64,000 bases of DNA from Ptychomitrium polyphyllum (taxonomy: Eukaryota). Each line of letters starts with the position of its first letter. The stretch's first letter is position 1. Under the pieces are notes generated by a model that saw only the letters and a program-made list of their open reading frames with translations, was not told where the DNA came from and searched no databases. Position numbers and translations under genes: made by a program. Positions 22,164-36,698 of the stretch are shown in pieces. Location: positions 4,898,001 through 4,962,000 of the forward strand of contig OZ316776.1 of assembly GCA_973851085.1 (NCBI GenBank), in the 5' to 3' direction.

Positions 22164-25100
22164 TTATAAAGAATAATGAATTATATATATCTATGACACT
22201 ATTAATCCCATAAACTGACATGCCATGTTCAAAACAGAATATTAATAATAATCAATCGATGTCCAACATTTTGTTTCAATTTTGATTCTATGCGCACTGG
22301 ATTCCTTATCTGTATCGAGTGAAAAAAACCTTTGTTGCTATGTCCGTCTGCCAGAAAATTCAAAAATCTTGCCCATGCTTCATTAAGCAGGCTCACTTGT
22401 GAACACTTACTCATCGCACTTACCACCTTATATGATGTACATTGATTGAAAACTTCATGCAATTTTTTAGAGGTTATGAAGGTGTTTTAAAATCACTTAA
22501 AAGGTTGCACTTAGTGCTCAACATCAAATTATTTCATAATATTTATAAATCTTAATACTTTATGTATCTTTTTATATTCTTATATCAAAATTTATCGCTT
22601 TTTGATTGCATATATGCCAAATTTTGTGACGTAAGTAAGTGAATAAGGTAAATTATAAGTCTTAAGAATGATAGGCTTGCAAAATGATTTAGGTTTTGTC
22701 TTATAACCACGTTCAACCATGGAATTAATGTATATCATTCTTGAAGAATAAATTACTTCTAATTAATTATGGAATGAACATCCTTGCACTTCTTATCTAT
22801 GTCCACAATAAAGTGATAAATGAATAAACTCTAATTTCATGACTTTTGTTCAATAGAATCCAATCAAAGTTGATAAATGTAATGTAGAGTAACCACACAA
22901 ATGATAAAGCTTGAGATAATAAACTCTTCAATGATAATAATGCTTTGCATGTGATATTTGAGGGAAAAATGGCTATCTTTGTAAATTCAAATTTTTCAAG
23001 TTTTAGATACTTTGTTGATTTCTTTAAATAAATCCATTTTCAATTATTTTATGTGGTTTGAAAATTAAATGTATTTTATTATATTCAATAAACTTATTGG
23101 TACTTCTTATAATTAAGGTTCATTCTTTATGGAATACAAAAAGATGAACCTATATATAATTGTTGCAAATAATTACTACTTTGGCTTGTAGAGTTGTTTA
23201 AATGCCATTGGAATCAATTGATTGTTAGAAAAATGCAAGGTAAATGTAAATTAATATTGAATAATTGTCAAATATAACATAGTCAATCAATAAAATTTAA
23301 TTAAATTTAATTTAACAAAAAAACTAATAGCAAGGAATTCAAATTTGCATCCAAGTTTTGAAGTATTATCAAATCATATTTTTAGTTTATTTTTTTAAAA
23401 TTCATGATTACAAAACAAAAAAAACAACCAGAAAAAAAGAAAAAACTATGAATATATTTGTTTTTATGATGTTTGGAGTTTGGAGTTTAATTTTTAATTT
23501 TATTAAATATAAAAGGAACCTTTAACTTGATTTATAATTAACATAAACTTCTTTAAATTATATTTATTCTTTATATAGCAAAAATTAATCAAAAAATTGA
23601 ATGTATGGAGTCAATTTTTTATTAAAAACTACTAAACTTGTAAGTTTAATCATCAATTTATATTTGAAATTTGACAAATTCATTAAGCGTGTTGTATTGA
23701 AAATATGGCAAAACTTATGCACATGGCATAGAATATATCAAGTTATAAGTTTGAAGAGAAAAACATTTGATATGGTATTGATGATATTTAATGCAATATA
23801 CAAAATTGTTGCCCACATTTACAATAAATAATTTCTCAGGATTTATTTTTCCAAATAATATGAAATATAAGGATATACATATAAGCTGATCAAGGTGATA
23901 ATTTCAACCTAAATAATTAACAATAGATATTTATATCTTGTTTTTGAATACTACTTCATAGACCAAATACAAATATTCTATAAATTTTTTATATATGTGG
24001 GACAAAAATAATTTTAAATTCTAAATTTTGATGATTATTTCACTGATGTCAATTATTTAACATTCAATTCAAATGTTATATTTCGATGAATGTAACATTT
24101 TGATAAAATAACATTTTCAGAAATATTATTTGTTTTGTATGAAATAGTGATAATATACAGGAGTAGCAATAAAAGTGGTTGTGTCAAAAGTGAAATTATA
24201 CTAAGCAATGATTTTATATGATCAAACCATCAATTTCAAATACAACTTATTCTAATTGCTAAATTATAATATCAAGAAAGGTGGTATGAATTTAAAGAAT
24301 TTTTGGATGTATTATGGTACAATAAGCACCAAATGCAACAGCTATGAAATTGGAATTTAATCTAAAAGTGTCTCACAATAAAATTCATATGAGACCAAAT
24401 TTTAGATTCGAACAAACTTACTGCCAATTATGTCCAAAATTCATATCCACTAAGTTCACTTGTGTTTACTTGGAACATTTTTGAACTACATTTCCATTTC
24501 ATTATGAGTGCCATAATATCCTGCAATGCCATAAAAACACCCTTTCTTGTTTCTAATGGATAGACATGGAAAACACATTAATACTGTAATCAACATCAGA
24601 CTAAAGGGATGTTTTCTACAATAATTGTTATTTTAAAAAAAAAATCCTGTGCATTTGAAATTCGATTGCAGTATACTGAATTCCTTTCAGCAGATCCGAT
24701 TTTAAGGTGCAAGATTGTAATCAGACAAAGTGCCTAAATGCTGTTATTTCAGTTGCACGCACCTTATGCGCCATTATAATGCTCTCCTAATCACTCTCCA
24801 ACGATATACTTCTAAATGTTCATTCTGATCAGCGTTGCTTTCGTTATTCCAATAAAGAGCGCCCACTCGAAGTTGAACCGAGAGACCCTCCGGCTTGCGC
24901 TCGAATGCCCGAAAAAGAAACAATATTGCCTCCAGAACTGTTTTGGACGAGTCGAAAGCCTGATTTTTCTTGGAGCACACGATCGTTCACAACTGGGGGA
25001 TGATGTCTTCTAATTTAAGTTCACTCACAAACTGCATTCAGGGTACCGCACCTCGGGGGCACAGACCGCGTCCACCGAGATAGACCCGTTTACTTTAACC

Positions 25101-28100
25101 GACCTTGCCTATTGTCTCACAAACTGCAGAATCAACCGATCAGATCATCAAACGAATGAAACAGCCAAAGAGCATCTGTATCAACAGAATGGCTACAGCG
25201 CAAGTGCTTTCTAATGGTAGGCAGAAAATGGAACTGGTGCATCCAATCAGCGAATGTAATGCGTCAGAGTGGGAAACGCCGACGCCAGAAACGATAAATC
25301 GGGGCTGGATCGATCGATCACTCTTGGACACATTCGGCGAATGACATTTTCGTTGACATTTATGGAGAGGGAATGGTTTCCTGGAGAGTGATTTTAGCGA
25401 ATCAGTGAGTGATTTCGGGGGGCTCTCCGCAAGTGTCCATGTGGAAGGGTCACGGGGCCTAGACTCCGGAAGCGGCGGGCTTCCCCTGGATCTCTGCTGG
25501 TGGACTTGGGAACATTTTCCTGCTTATCAGAATACTAAGTTCTGACAATGGTGCCGAGTTTCTGAACCAGGCGAATTCTTCTCCAAATATATGCACTTTA
25601 TATGCATTGAAATCAAATATCTACTACTTAATGAGATACAAATTCTGAATTTTGAATCCTTTTGATTTTTTATATTATCAATTCAACCAAATTACATTCT
25701 TTATTAGCCTGCCACTAGCCTACATTTATCAACGTTCAGCATATCACATTTTCAAGAATAATCAAACTTAATGGATAGAATGTAGATACTAAAGGATGGA
25801 ATACAAATGCTAAATGGTGGACATGGGCTCAAGCACATAAAATGGGAGTATCAATCAGAGTAATATAAATGTCAATGGATGGGGTACAAATGGCTTTCTA
25901 TCTATTTATTATCTAATGTGCTTGCTTCATCTTATAGGTGTTCCTATCTTGTATGTCCTTAATACTTTTGTGCTTAAATTATTTGTATATTTTTCCAATT
26001 AGAAGCTTGCCTTATTATTGATTTTCATCTTCTTATCTATGTATATTCTCAAATGTGTCTTCTACATACATCCACCTATTTTTATAACTCATTGTGTGAT
26101 ATAGCAATTGTATGGTATTTTACATAGAAAAATAACTTATACTTGATCCTTTTAACAACTAGCTCTATTAAATGGACATTATGAATTATGGGATGTCTTA
26201 ATAGATGGAGTAAAGGAGATAGAGGGATGGGCTAGTAAATAGTTGTAATGTAATACTTTCCAAATTCCTTCCACAATAGGTCATCATTATCATTGACACT
26301 CAAATCCATTATCCTTTGTAACTTTCAATATAAAGTATTTCAACAATTGTTTTTTGGAATTTTATGCGCTTTTATAAGTTAAACACCAAATACTTCAAGC
26401 AAGGAATTTTGTGGTACAAACAAAAGTATTTGAAGATGATAAGTGTCAAATGGAACTATGTATTATACCAAAATTTAGCATCCTTTTCAAAATAGAAATA
26501 TAGCATTGCTTTAATAAATTTATAAAACATTCTTTTAAATATTGTCTTTTTAATGTGAAATTCTTTAAAGTGACATTAGAATTGGGCAACTCTTTAATTT
26601 TAATCTATTACAAGATTTGTCCATTAGATTCTTTTTATTTTGACATTAGTTTTAAACAAAAAGTATAAATTCAATCAAGAATTCAAATTAGAAAGGTTGT
26701 AAATGCTTATTTTTGGTTCAAAGCAAAATAAGTATTTTGTCAATATCAATTCAAATCAAGGTATGTATTATTAAGGAGAATTAACTATGATAACAACTAG
26801 ATTATATTTGAAGTTCTTCCAAAATATTAGTTTAAATCAAAATTGCTTTTCATCCCTGAACACATGCTTTCTTGAAATGACTTGATTCCAAATAAATAAA
26901 AGCCAAGTGTTTACTTAATTTTATAACCAAAATTTTAAATTATATTATCAATTATATATCAAATAAAATATTTATTTTATGGCTTCACAACAAACTTCAT
27001 CATATAGATACATTAACAAAATTTAAAAAACAAATAAGAAAGGTGGAGAATATCATAAGTTTCTTTGTTACTGATAAAATGCACCTTTTCCTATTATATA
27101 TGGTAGTATTTGCCATTTTATAGCATATAGTTGTATTAACTTATTCAAATAGGATAATTCTACCTTACTATACAACATTGTATTCTTATTCTATTTATAG
27201 AAACCAAATTATATGCAATGCACTACAAAAAATTGATAAATTTATTTCAAGTATTTATGCCATAAAAATTTGGAAACATTAAAAGTTAATTAATCAATTT
27301 CATTTATGTATCTTATAAAAAATGGATGAAAATAGAAATCAATGTAATAAAAAACAACTCTTTATTCTATTTTTTATATAAGTTGCTTTAATTCAAGGCC
27401 AACATCATTTGTCATAAAATAGGCATTATAACACATATTTCTTCATCTTTATTTGGAAGATGAATTATTGTGGCTACCACTTTTTGAGTATGTTTTTATA
27501 ATGCCATTTATGTATTGAAAATGCCTTTGGTACGTAGCCATGTGGCATTTGTTCATTTGTTGCTATTTAAATACTAAGGGAATGTTGCATACTACTAAGC
27601 AATGAGCCCCCTTGTTAATAAAATAATCATTGGCAACAAGTAGTGCTTGTGACGTTTGTTGTATAAATCCATAATGGATGTTGTTCAAGATGATTTGAGA
27701 GGTTGTATTGGTACATGCCAAAAGGACCTAATGATAGATAGTATTTTCAAGGCTTTACTTGTAATTTGCTTTGTAATTTTGAAGTTTATCTTTACTAATT
27801 TGTTTCCAATCTCAATAAACCGCATGATCTTTACTCCACTAAACATTTATGTTTAGTTGACATTACTCATGATGTAATAGTTTATTTGTGATAAGTGTAG
27901 CTTGTAAAATTTCACAACAAAATGAGATAAATAAATAAAAACAAAAATAAATATCCCATTAATAAAAGATCATGAAACCATTTTGTTTTGGTGAAGGCGC
28001 AAAAAATGATTAAGGATGCTGCACCTATTTATTATCTAAGGAACGTAAAAAACTTTAATAAACCTCTATACTTAGCCGCCATCTGCAACACAAATAATGC

Positions 28101-31100
28101 AAGCAACAACCAGCTAAGCACTCGCGGCTTTTTGGCAAGGCCTTGGTTTCAAAGTTTGAGGCAAGTTTTGATGGCTATTGCAACATTGTGCTTTCCTTAC
28201 TCCCTAGCTTAGCATTTTTTCCATCTCTACCTTACAATTTTAAGGCATTTTTGGATTTTATTACAATGTTGATTTTTTTATATTTATTTTATATAACTCT
28301 TCTTTCATAGATTGTGTAGAATTAATGATTCTTGTACATTACAATATTTTTTAATTTTGTTTATACAACTCTTCTTTAATATAGCAAAATTCTACACAAT
28401 TGCAAATAGTCGTTGATTAATGATTCTTGTGCATTACAATATTTATTGCAATTGCAACATATTCAATAATTGAAATGATTTTGTTTTTATTGAAAACTTA
28501 AATAAAAGATAGAATATTATCATATACATTTCAAATGAACTTGCTACTACTACAGATTTCAAATATAATTCACCATGATCATATATGAAACATAATTTGG
28601 GAAATTTTGTGTAAGTGGCCAATGTTGCCCAATTCCATAGTAAGGACCTATTAAATGTTGGTGCTTTGAATAAGATAGTGGAAAGAGGCATGGCTATTGG
28701 TAGACAATCAATGTTTTTTGTGCTTTCATTCTTGCAAAAATCAAGTGGGCTTTTGGTGCAATGTAGTCAAATATCTATATTATATATATTACAACATTCA
28801 AGTGACTAACACACTAGAATTCATACACACACAAATTTTTCATTCCATGGCAATTGACCAAATTTCACACTTGAAGGTTTCAATGTGGAAGGTTCTATTC
28901 AATATAGTGCTTTAAAAGACGTGTAAATTGTAGTGGCCTTCATTAGAGTGGAGCTAACAAGTGCAACACATAGAGGCTGAAAATGTAAAGTCCACCATGT
29001 ACTAGGCTCTTTGGCATACAATAAGAGTTTTGTATCCAATTAAATCCACATTGTTATGAATTGAGTAACTACAAGGCAAGGCTTTAGGACTTTGAGATAT
29101 GGAATAAGGTACTTCTAAGATATATTATAAGAAAAAAGCTATAATAAGGTACAAAGATAAGATTAGGAAGTCTAAGCTAGACCTCAAAAGATGCATTGTT
29201 AAGACTGAAGATTTCTTCAGCCTCTAACTCCTATATATATTGCTTTATTGGATGCTTCCTTAGTCAAAGTAACTTACTTAGAAGCTTCTCTGGCCTTTTT
29301 AGATCTTTTAAAAACCTTTTGAAAAGCTTCTAATATATATGCCTGTAACATACAATGAGTATTAAGAATTAAAAGACAACATCCACCAAAAATCCTACTT
29401 GAGGCAATATCCATGAGTGAGGAAGGCTTAAGGCTAGAGAAGTTTTGAAATGTATAAAAAAGAGCGTTAGGCTTTATTTCAATAACAATTTAGATGTGGA
29501 GAGAGCTAATTCTTTTGATAAAATAAAACATGCAATGACAACAAATGAATTGAGCACTTCCTTTATCTGTTTTATAAGATGATTATAATAAATTGGTAGG
29601 AAAAAGTAAAGGCAATAAAAGCCACAAGCAACTAATTGACCACTAAAGCAATATAAAAATCTAAGCATGCAATGAAGTACAAATTTAACAACAGACTTAC
29701 CAATGTTGAAAAATGAAAAAAATGCTAGACCGCATATATCCACACTGTACACCATGATTGTTATTGCACTACAAAAAATAAAGGCCAAGACGTTGTATTT
29801 AAGGTTGATTGTAAAAAAGAAGTGACCATTGTAAAGAATCTGACATTCTACAATGAACAATAAATAAATAGCAATGTTATCTATGGCCAACTCCATCTAC
29901 CTAAATAAATATGATGCACTTGCACAAGGAAGGGAATATAAAAAGCATTGGTTTTGAATAAGTGAAGCAAAAATCATCACAAAGAAGGCATCATTATAAG
30001 AATGCTTTAAAAAACACCTTGGAAAAGAAAACAATAAAGAAATTCTAAAGTGTCAATTTATTGATGCAAGGCACAACAACAATAACAAGAAGGTAGCTCT
30101 TAGAATTAATAGCGGAAGTTGAAGGACGTAATTTTGCATAGTGCATGGATACAATTGGAGCAAGATGCAAGCAAGGGAAAAAAAGAAGGAGTGAGTGGGA
30201 AACATTTTTGCACTTCAATCTTATACTTGGCTTTAATTTAAGTTAAATTGTGAATTAGATGGAGATGATAAGATTGATTCACTTGGATATGCTCTATCCA
30301 CATCTATATATTAGGTTGGAGTAGTCTTTCAATTTTTTTGATAGGAATTCCAAAACCCATATTTTTGTTTTATTTGAAATCTAATTTGTACATTTTTAAG
30401 GATCTCAAATTCAAATTCAAGAATTGTATATAGGTAGCAACTTAAAGTTTTGAATCCCATTCAATTAAAGGTCAAAATGTTTTAAATTTTCAAAAATGAC
30501 ATTCATATTGGACTCAAAGTTCCTACAAAGACATCTCAAAGGGGAATTTCTAAACCTAAGAGGTTTTAAGTAGCATAAACTCAAAGTCCAAAACCTCAAA
30601 GTCAAAGTAGTTTTGGTGAATTTAAGCATCCATTAAGTCAAGTAGGTACAATTTGATCCCTGGAACCTACAAAGCTTCTCTACGGCATCAAAGGTTCTAA
30701 TTTTGTCATCAAGAAGTTTTTCCAGTTAAAACTAAACCTCCTTGATATGTGTCTGCGTTGATAAGCTCCAGTATTCATGAAAAGTTGTTGTCAATAAGGG
30801 AGGGTGCAGTCCAGGTGTAATTTGGAGATGATGGGGCAATTCTAGGATAACTCTATACTCATTATTTCTTTTTGTTTGGCATCCACAACATGTGGATGCC
30901 AAAATTCATAGCCGTTATAAAAAGTCGTTCAAAGGCAAAATCAATGTATTTTTCAAAAACACACTAAGGAGGTTAAAAGAGAGTGTTTGCGATTAAGAGT
31001 TAAGGGTTCACGATAATTGAATTTCTCCTAAAGATTAAAGCAGACGTTTTCAAGTGTGGCAAACCTCAAGCGCCTCATCACTCTGGAAAGTGGCTCCGTT

Positions 31101-32170
31101 TAGAGATTCCTTACTCATATTGCTCATGTATAAAAATGTCCAGACTTTACATATCGGCAGCCGTTAGTAGAAAGTGGGCGACTCAGCTAATTATCAGTCG
31201 TTGAGTCCTAAGACTCTCACAAACGATTACAAATCACATATGACAGAAGCTCACACTTCTCGTAGCAGTCTCTAGCCACAAATCGTACTGTACAGTACAG
31301 CACACAAGGCAAACATGAAAAGTATATCACTGATAAGAACGTGATCTGCCGTTCCGATATTTGACAAAGTTTCACTAATCCCGTGTTGCAATAGCGGAAA
31401 TGTCGATGATTCCAAGTCGGTGATACAATTTTGGGTAGTGGGCACAAATGTTCAAGCCGGTTGCAACTGCAAATAATGTCGATGTTGCATGATCTATTGC
31501 ATCCACTGCATTTATTTTTTATGCAATTTTTTTTTAAATCCACGAAGAAACGTTCCCATCCTCGCATAATTCTAGTAAAGTAGGATTTACGTCCTTGAGC
31601 ACAGATGCCAACAAACTTCGTCCACCTTTGCACAGAACAGAAACTGAGTTTCACATTTTCGGAACAAATCGCAGGAAGGTGGGTGAAAATAGTTGACTTA
31701 CCCTAATATAAGCGTCACATGCACTGACTAGTAGATCTTTGGGTCACTTCCGCGTAACTAGAGGCATGCAGGCCTCCCCTCAACCAAAGTCGGAGCATCT
31801 TTACTCATGAGATGTGAGATTCTCCGACCATGGACTTCTGCTTGGCGCTCTCCGGATTCTAATTCAAACAGTATCCGAATTCAAGAATACTTTTTCGTAA
31901 CTGTCCCGCTTTCACCTGCTCCGTCAATGATACCAACACTCCCGCTCCGCTCCTACATATATATCTAGTACCTGATTCCTCACCGATACCATCTATAGCT
32001 GTAGATGCAATCTTCTTACATGTAGCTTGTTACTCAAACCTTTCGTTGCGTTTGTCTGCCAGGACAGCAGTCTAGACTCCCATCAAATTGCTCTAATGAA
32101 ATAGTATTGGTGCCTAACACTTCCTTCGCTCTGTGCTTCTCAAGAAGTCACTGCAGAGAGTTCGAGTGCC

Positions 32171-33160
32171 ATGGCGGTCGTAATTCAAGTGGCACTGCTT
32201 CTCTTGGGGCTGTCGAGCCTGCCCGCAGCTCAGGCTGGGTTCTGGGCCAAGCAGGGCTACAATGAGGGCTGGGTGTTCGGTCACGGGACCTGGTACGGTG
32301 ACCCCTATGGCGAAGGCTCCAGTGGTATGTTCACTTCGGCCTTCGAGAGCAACGCCATCCTCCGGCTCTTCCCTGCATCGCATCGCTTCTGCACATTCAG
32401 TCTAGCTGTTATCGTATCAGCTTCGGACTCTGGCTGTTCTGAATTCCTCGGTGTTTGTCGTTCTGGCTGACGTTGTTGTTCTCGGCTTGAATTCTCTCGT
32501 GCAGGAGGAAACTGCGGCTACACCAAGCTGGCAGGGACGCCTTACGGCCCTAAGATTGTCGCTGGCAGTCCGGCCATCTATGCAAACGGGCTCGGTTGCG
32601 GGCAATGCTATCAGGTCAAGTGCACCGACAGCGGATACGGGCCCAGGTTGTGCAACCCCTACGGCACGCAGGTGGTGGTCACAGACTTCTGTCCCGGAGG
32701 CACATACTGCAGCACAGGGGAGAAGGCGTTCGACTTCAGCGGCGCCGCTCTCAATGCCATGGCTCTTCCCGGGAAGGCAGCCCAGCTCCGCAACCGAGGT
32801 CTGTACAACGTGCTGTACAAGAGAGTGCCGTGCAAGTACAGGGGCCAGAACATCGCGTTCCGAGTGGACCCCGGGTCGAGCGCGTACTGGCTGAGCGTAC
32901 TGATCAAGTACGTGGGAGGGCCTGGCGACATCGGAGCCGTGTACATCAGGATGGCGAACTCGTACCGGTTCGTGCCGATGCAGCACGCGTGGGGCGCGAA
33001 CTGGATGCTCCAGAGCTACGACGGGAAGCCGTTCAACGGGCCGATGGACATCAAGGTGATGTCGCGGCTGAATGGGCACTCGGCGGTTGCACGGGGCGTC
33101 ATCCCGGGTTACTTCAGACCAGGATTGACCTACACCTCCGGAATCCAATTGGCCTACTAA
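32171..33160 (+). CDS. EXPB: Beta-expansin (EXPB), 269 aa; exons 32171-32324 and 32505-33160
   Basis: Signal peptide, HGTWYG..GGNCGY, GCGQCYQVKC, TDFCP..AFDFSG, WGANW. A phase-1 GT-AG intron restores a continuous frame. Confidence 0.93.
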
Positions 33161-34162
33161 CTGATCCACATTTGAACGTCAGTAGTCCAGTTATGTTTTC
33201 GGGTCCTTTTGGGTCTGAATCAAGGTTTACAGGATGTCACATTGAAATATGTACATTAAGTTCCTTTTTCGGCTCTTTGTGACGGTTACAAGAGTTAGTG
33301 ATCTAGATCTCCAGATGCTTACCCAACAGAGAAGTTTTTGAATGTTTCCTCTTTTATTCGGTAGTATGAATTGGTGAGCTCCGCAGCAAAGCACCTGTGG
33401 GTGTACTTAAAGTTTGCTTCCCTGAGAGATTCCCAATGGATGAGTGTGTGCGGAGGAAAGACCCGGCTTAGTGATGAACATGGTGTAAACTTATATAGGA
33501 AGAGAGCCCTTTCAACATACATCAATCCACTATTTTCACGTCTTCCAATATTTCTTCGTTTTCCGGCACATGTTTGGATTGGTCATTCATTTTGCAAATA
33601 AAGAATTAGAACAGCGCGTACGAGCCACTGAGGTATTCGATGTTCTCTTTGAGAGATATAGAAATGTCCAAGGAGGGTGTCGCTGAATGTATGTCGGGAA
33701 TATAGCAGCCATATCATCTCAAATTGTAGCACCAAGTGTCCAGAAAAAATGCGCCATCCATGGCTTGAGCGGTCACTTGTCGTTGTCTTGGATTGCTTTT
33801 CTATTGATAATTCGATTCATATCCTCCGTATGGTACATCGAAGATATGCAGTTGTTTCAACATAACTGCAGTCCATGTCGTAGTGCCAGATTCTGCAACT
33901 ATTCACGAATCAGGACTCGAGTCATTGTCAACGAGACGCTGGAATTGACAGGTGAATATTACTTACAATCTGTACAACTGTGACTGCAATGTAATACTGT
34001 AATATTGATGGTGTGATGTAGCAACTGGCTTGGTATCTGTGATCTTCAATTCCTGGTTCTCCACTTGTTAGCCGTAAACCAAACCTTCGACTCAGCGTTG
34101 CACATACTATTGTTTCTTCAACCTCTCTCCAAAAATTGTTGCACATACTGTTGTTTGCCTAC

Positions 34163-36049
34163 CTGGTCCCCACTCCAAAATTCTTCTCCATATGAGATGA
34201 AAAGTATCCTTAGGTGATCCAAGTGAGGTCTCACAATGTTATCTGCAAACAAATGCTTTCGTTACATGAAAGTTTGGAACAGCTTCGGACAAGGAAAAGA
34301 GAAAGAATATGTTTCCCCTATTTACAGTTTCTTACTCTGGCCAAAGATTAAATCGTACATAGGGACTGCGCCGGTGGGGCTTTTCGACTAAAAACAACCT
34401 GTTTTACAAACAATCCGAAGGACTCCTCTTCCTGCTTTGAGGAAAATTCACCAACCGTGAGCATTCAATGAAATTCGGTATCATACACCCATCCTGTGTT
34501 ATGCTGCCACGGCCATTTCCTGCTGAACCTGCTCAAATACAGGAGACGCTGCCTGGTCTTTGCTTAAGAGTGACTGCCGCGGTTTTGGAGTTCACGGTCG
34601 AAACAAGGTTGACCCATTCACCTAAGTTTCGCTGTTGTTGACAGCCTGATAGTAACATAGATCTGAGAAAGAAAATACTCCTTAGAAGATCCCAGTTAGC
34701 TATGATTTGCTTAGAAATTGTAACAACTGAAAGACTTAGGACTGCAGAGCAGATTTGAGAGGTGGCAATATCCTTCAATCGTGTTGTTTGATGAGGCCAC
34801 TAGTTCACTTGATGCAGAATTGAATATGCTGGTGCAAAACGAGCTCGACTAGGTCAATGTGGGTCGGACAACAGTTGTGATTGCCCACGAATATCCATAA
34901 TGCAGATTCGATTGCGGTATGTTGTGCATGATGTGATTTTGACGGAACAAGGAAACCACCAAGAATTGATCGACACGCTTTCCAACATTTATGCACACCT
35001 CTTCTACCAGCAGATTTGTAGAAACGGCATGGAAATAGAACATACTAGCCAAGGTAGTAAAGATCCTGTCACAAAACTTGGAGGAACTAAGACCTGCAAA
35101 GGACGACGTGCAGAGGAAGTGTTAATCTCGTAGAAATAGAGTACACTACATGGAAAGGAATAATGTGGCTAATCGCATTGAAGAGAAAACCTGCTGTTTA
35201 CCAACTGCTAACAATATAGAGTGCTGAAAATTGAAGCCGCTCTTCAAAAAGTATGTAAAGCCAGCAACTCGGGTATCACCTGTGCGATTAGGAAATACTG
35301 GCCACAAGTGACTTCTCACTTGGGCAACTTTCAAACATTTTCAAAATTAATTCCTGCACTACTTCCAGAAACGGAGATCCCGATGAGCCAGAGCGGCTCG
35401 TTTTCTGCTACTTCGACTGCTGATGTAACTTGGAAATATCACCAACTCAAGATTTAGAAGGAAATTAGTGTTTATATCACAATAAATTCATGAAGCTTAT
35501 AGAGGACGTACGTAAGCTATATTGTAATTGACCGATACTGAATGTGACAAGCAGGGCTTACTGCTTTGCTTCTTCTTTAACACAGTACTACAGAGAAACT
35601 TAATAGAGACAAGAAACCAGCAGTTTACACACCAAAAGAGAGGGACAGCGCCGGGCAATGAGCCTGCATGACAGCCAAGGTAACGAAGAAGCAGGAAAGT
35701 AGTAGACGTTGAGATGTTGCACAGCGATGGTAGCGCCCTTTGCCTAGAGTTGTTTGTAATGTAATGGAAGGCACTCCAACTTTCAAAAGGTGCGCACACC
35801 TCAACTGTGGGCTCATTATACTCCACTCCAACTTGACTATTTTCCTGTCCAGCAAAAATATCCTCAGGTGTGATATTCCAGTACGGTGCTTCTTGCACAA
35901 GGCCTTGTCCTTCTACGTCTGTACTTCAATTGAGACATACTTAGAATAAGTCCCACTTAAATCCGGTAGATTCATTATCAATCCATTTTGTACCTCCTCA
36001 GGTACTAAAACTTTGCTGAATTACCTGGCGCCTACCAGGCAGCTTTATC
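34163..36049 (-). pseudogene. Unidentified multi-exon gene remnant; candidate exons 36049-36025, 35918-35800, 35663-35633, 35279-35202, 35093-34999, 34662-34622, 34528-34359, 34242-34163
   Basis: All seven GT-AG junctions are phase-compatible and give a protein-like sequence (..EAPYWNITPEDIF..GDTRVAGFTYFLK..IYVTIRLSTTAKLRFSRKWPWQHNTGWVYDTEFH*..YNIVRPHLDHLRILF..) with two in-frame stops. No start codon found; family not recognised. Confidence 0.55.
34772..35013 (+). pseudogene. Fragment of an ABCB/P-glycoprotein-type ABC transporter nucleotide-binding domain
   Basis: PSIVLFDEATSSLDAE (Walker B/D-loop), GRTTVVIAH (H-switch), then after frameshifts IHNADSIAV and EQGNHQELI. One stop, two frameshifts, no Walker A or membrane domain nearby. 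Confidence 0.82.
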
Positions 36050-36219
36050 CTACAGTGTTTAAAAATTAAGAATTTTTAATAGCATAGAATTTTTTCCATG
36101 AATCCGAATTAATAGAAATGTGACATGTAGAATTTTCTTCAAAATGATATTTTTTAAAATGAAGTTGGTCTTCCATAACATTCTTTAGCAATAGGGAACC
36201 TCATCCTTCCGCAACAAAC

Positions 36220-36698
36220 TATCATGAACATAGATCATTCAACATAATCTTTAGAACCTTCTAGAATCTTTTAGTATATTGTAGTAGTTTTTTAGAATAC
36301 TTTCAATGTTTCCATAGCCGTTCCACTTCTTTGAGAAGCTTCTTAAGAGGATTCCACCTCTTTGGAAAATTTCCTAGAAAGGTTTTACTTCCTTAAAAAA
36401 CTTCTTAATAAAGTTCCACCATCTTGGAAAACTTATTGGAAAGGTTCCATAGATCTCTAGAATATTCTTAAGCTTTTATAAGAAGTTTCTTTAAAAGTAT
36501 CCTAGGAGATACAAACATCATAATATAAATAGAAAGTAAGACAGGGTATACCTTAGTCTTGCCAACACAAGTTGTGAATCATATTGTATCATATCTTAGC
36601 TCTAATCTTTGTATCAATTCTTGTTAGTCATTAGTTCTTTAGAAGCTAATTATTAGAAAACACTTGGTCTTTGCTTTTTGTTTCTTGTATCCATAACA
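36220..36698 (+). mobile_element. Solo LTR (family A), 479 bp
   Basis: Homologous to 8939-9479 end to end. Perfect TSD CAAAC at 36215-36219 and 36699-36703. Confidence 0.92.

Noticed and set aside
24700..25600. GC-richer island resembling an orphan promoter/5' UTR or snoRNA host
   Set aside because: No convincing ORF, box C/D pair with terminal stem, or hairpin could be supported by eye.
25600..31000. AT-rich tract with short ORFs (e.g. 29474-29896)
   Set aside because: Probably very old TE debris; no diagnostic motif readable.
31700..31775. RY-like CATGCA motifs upstream of the second expansin, suggesting control by the neighbouring ABI3-like factor
   Set aside because: The hexamer occurs by chance throughout the window; proximity is not evidence.
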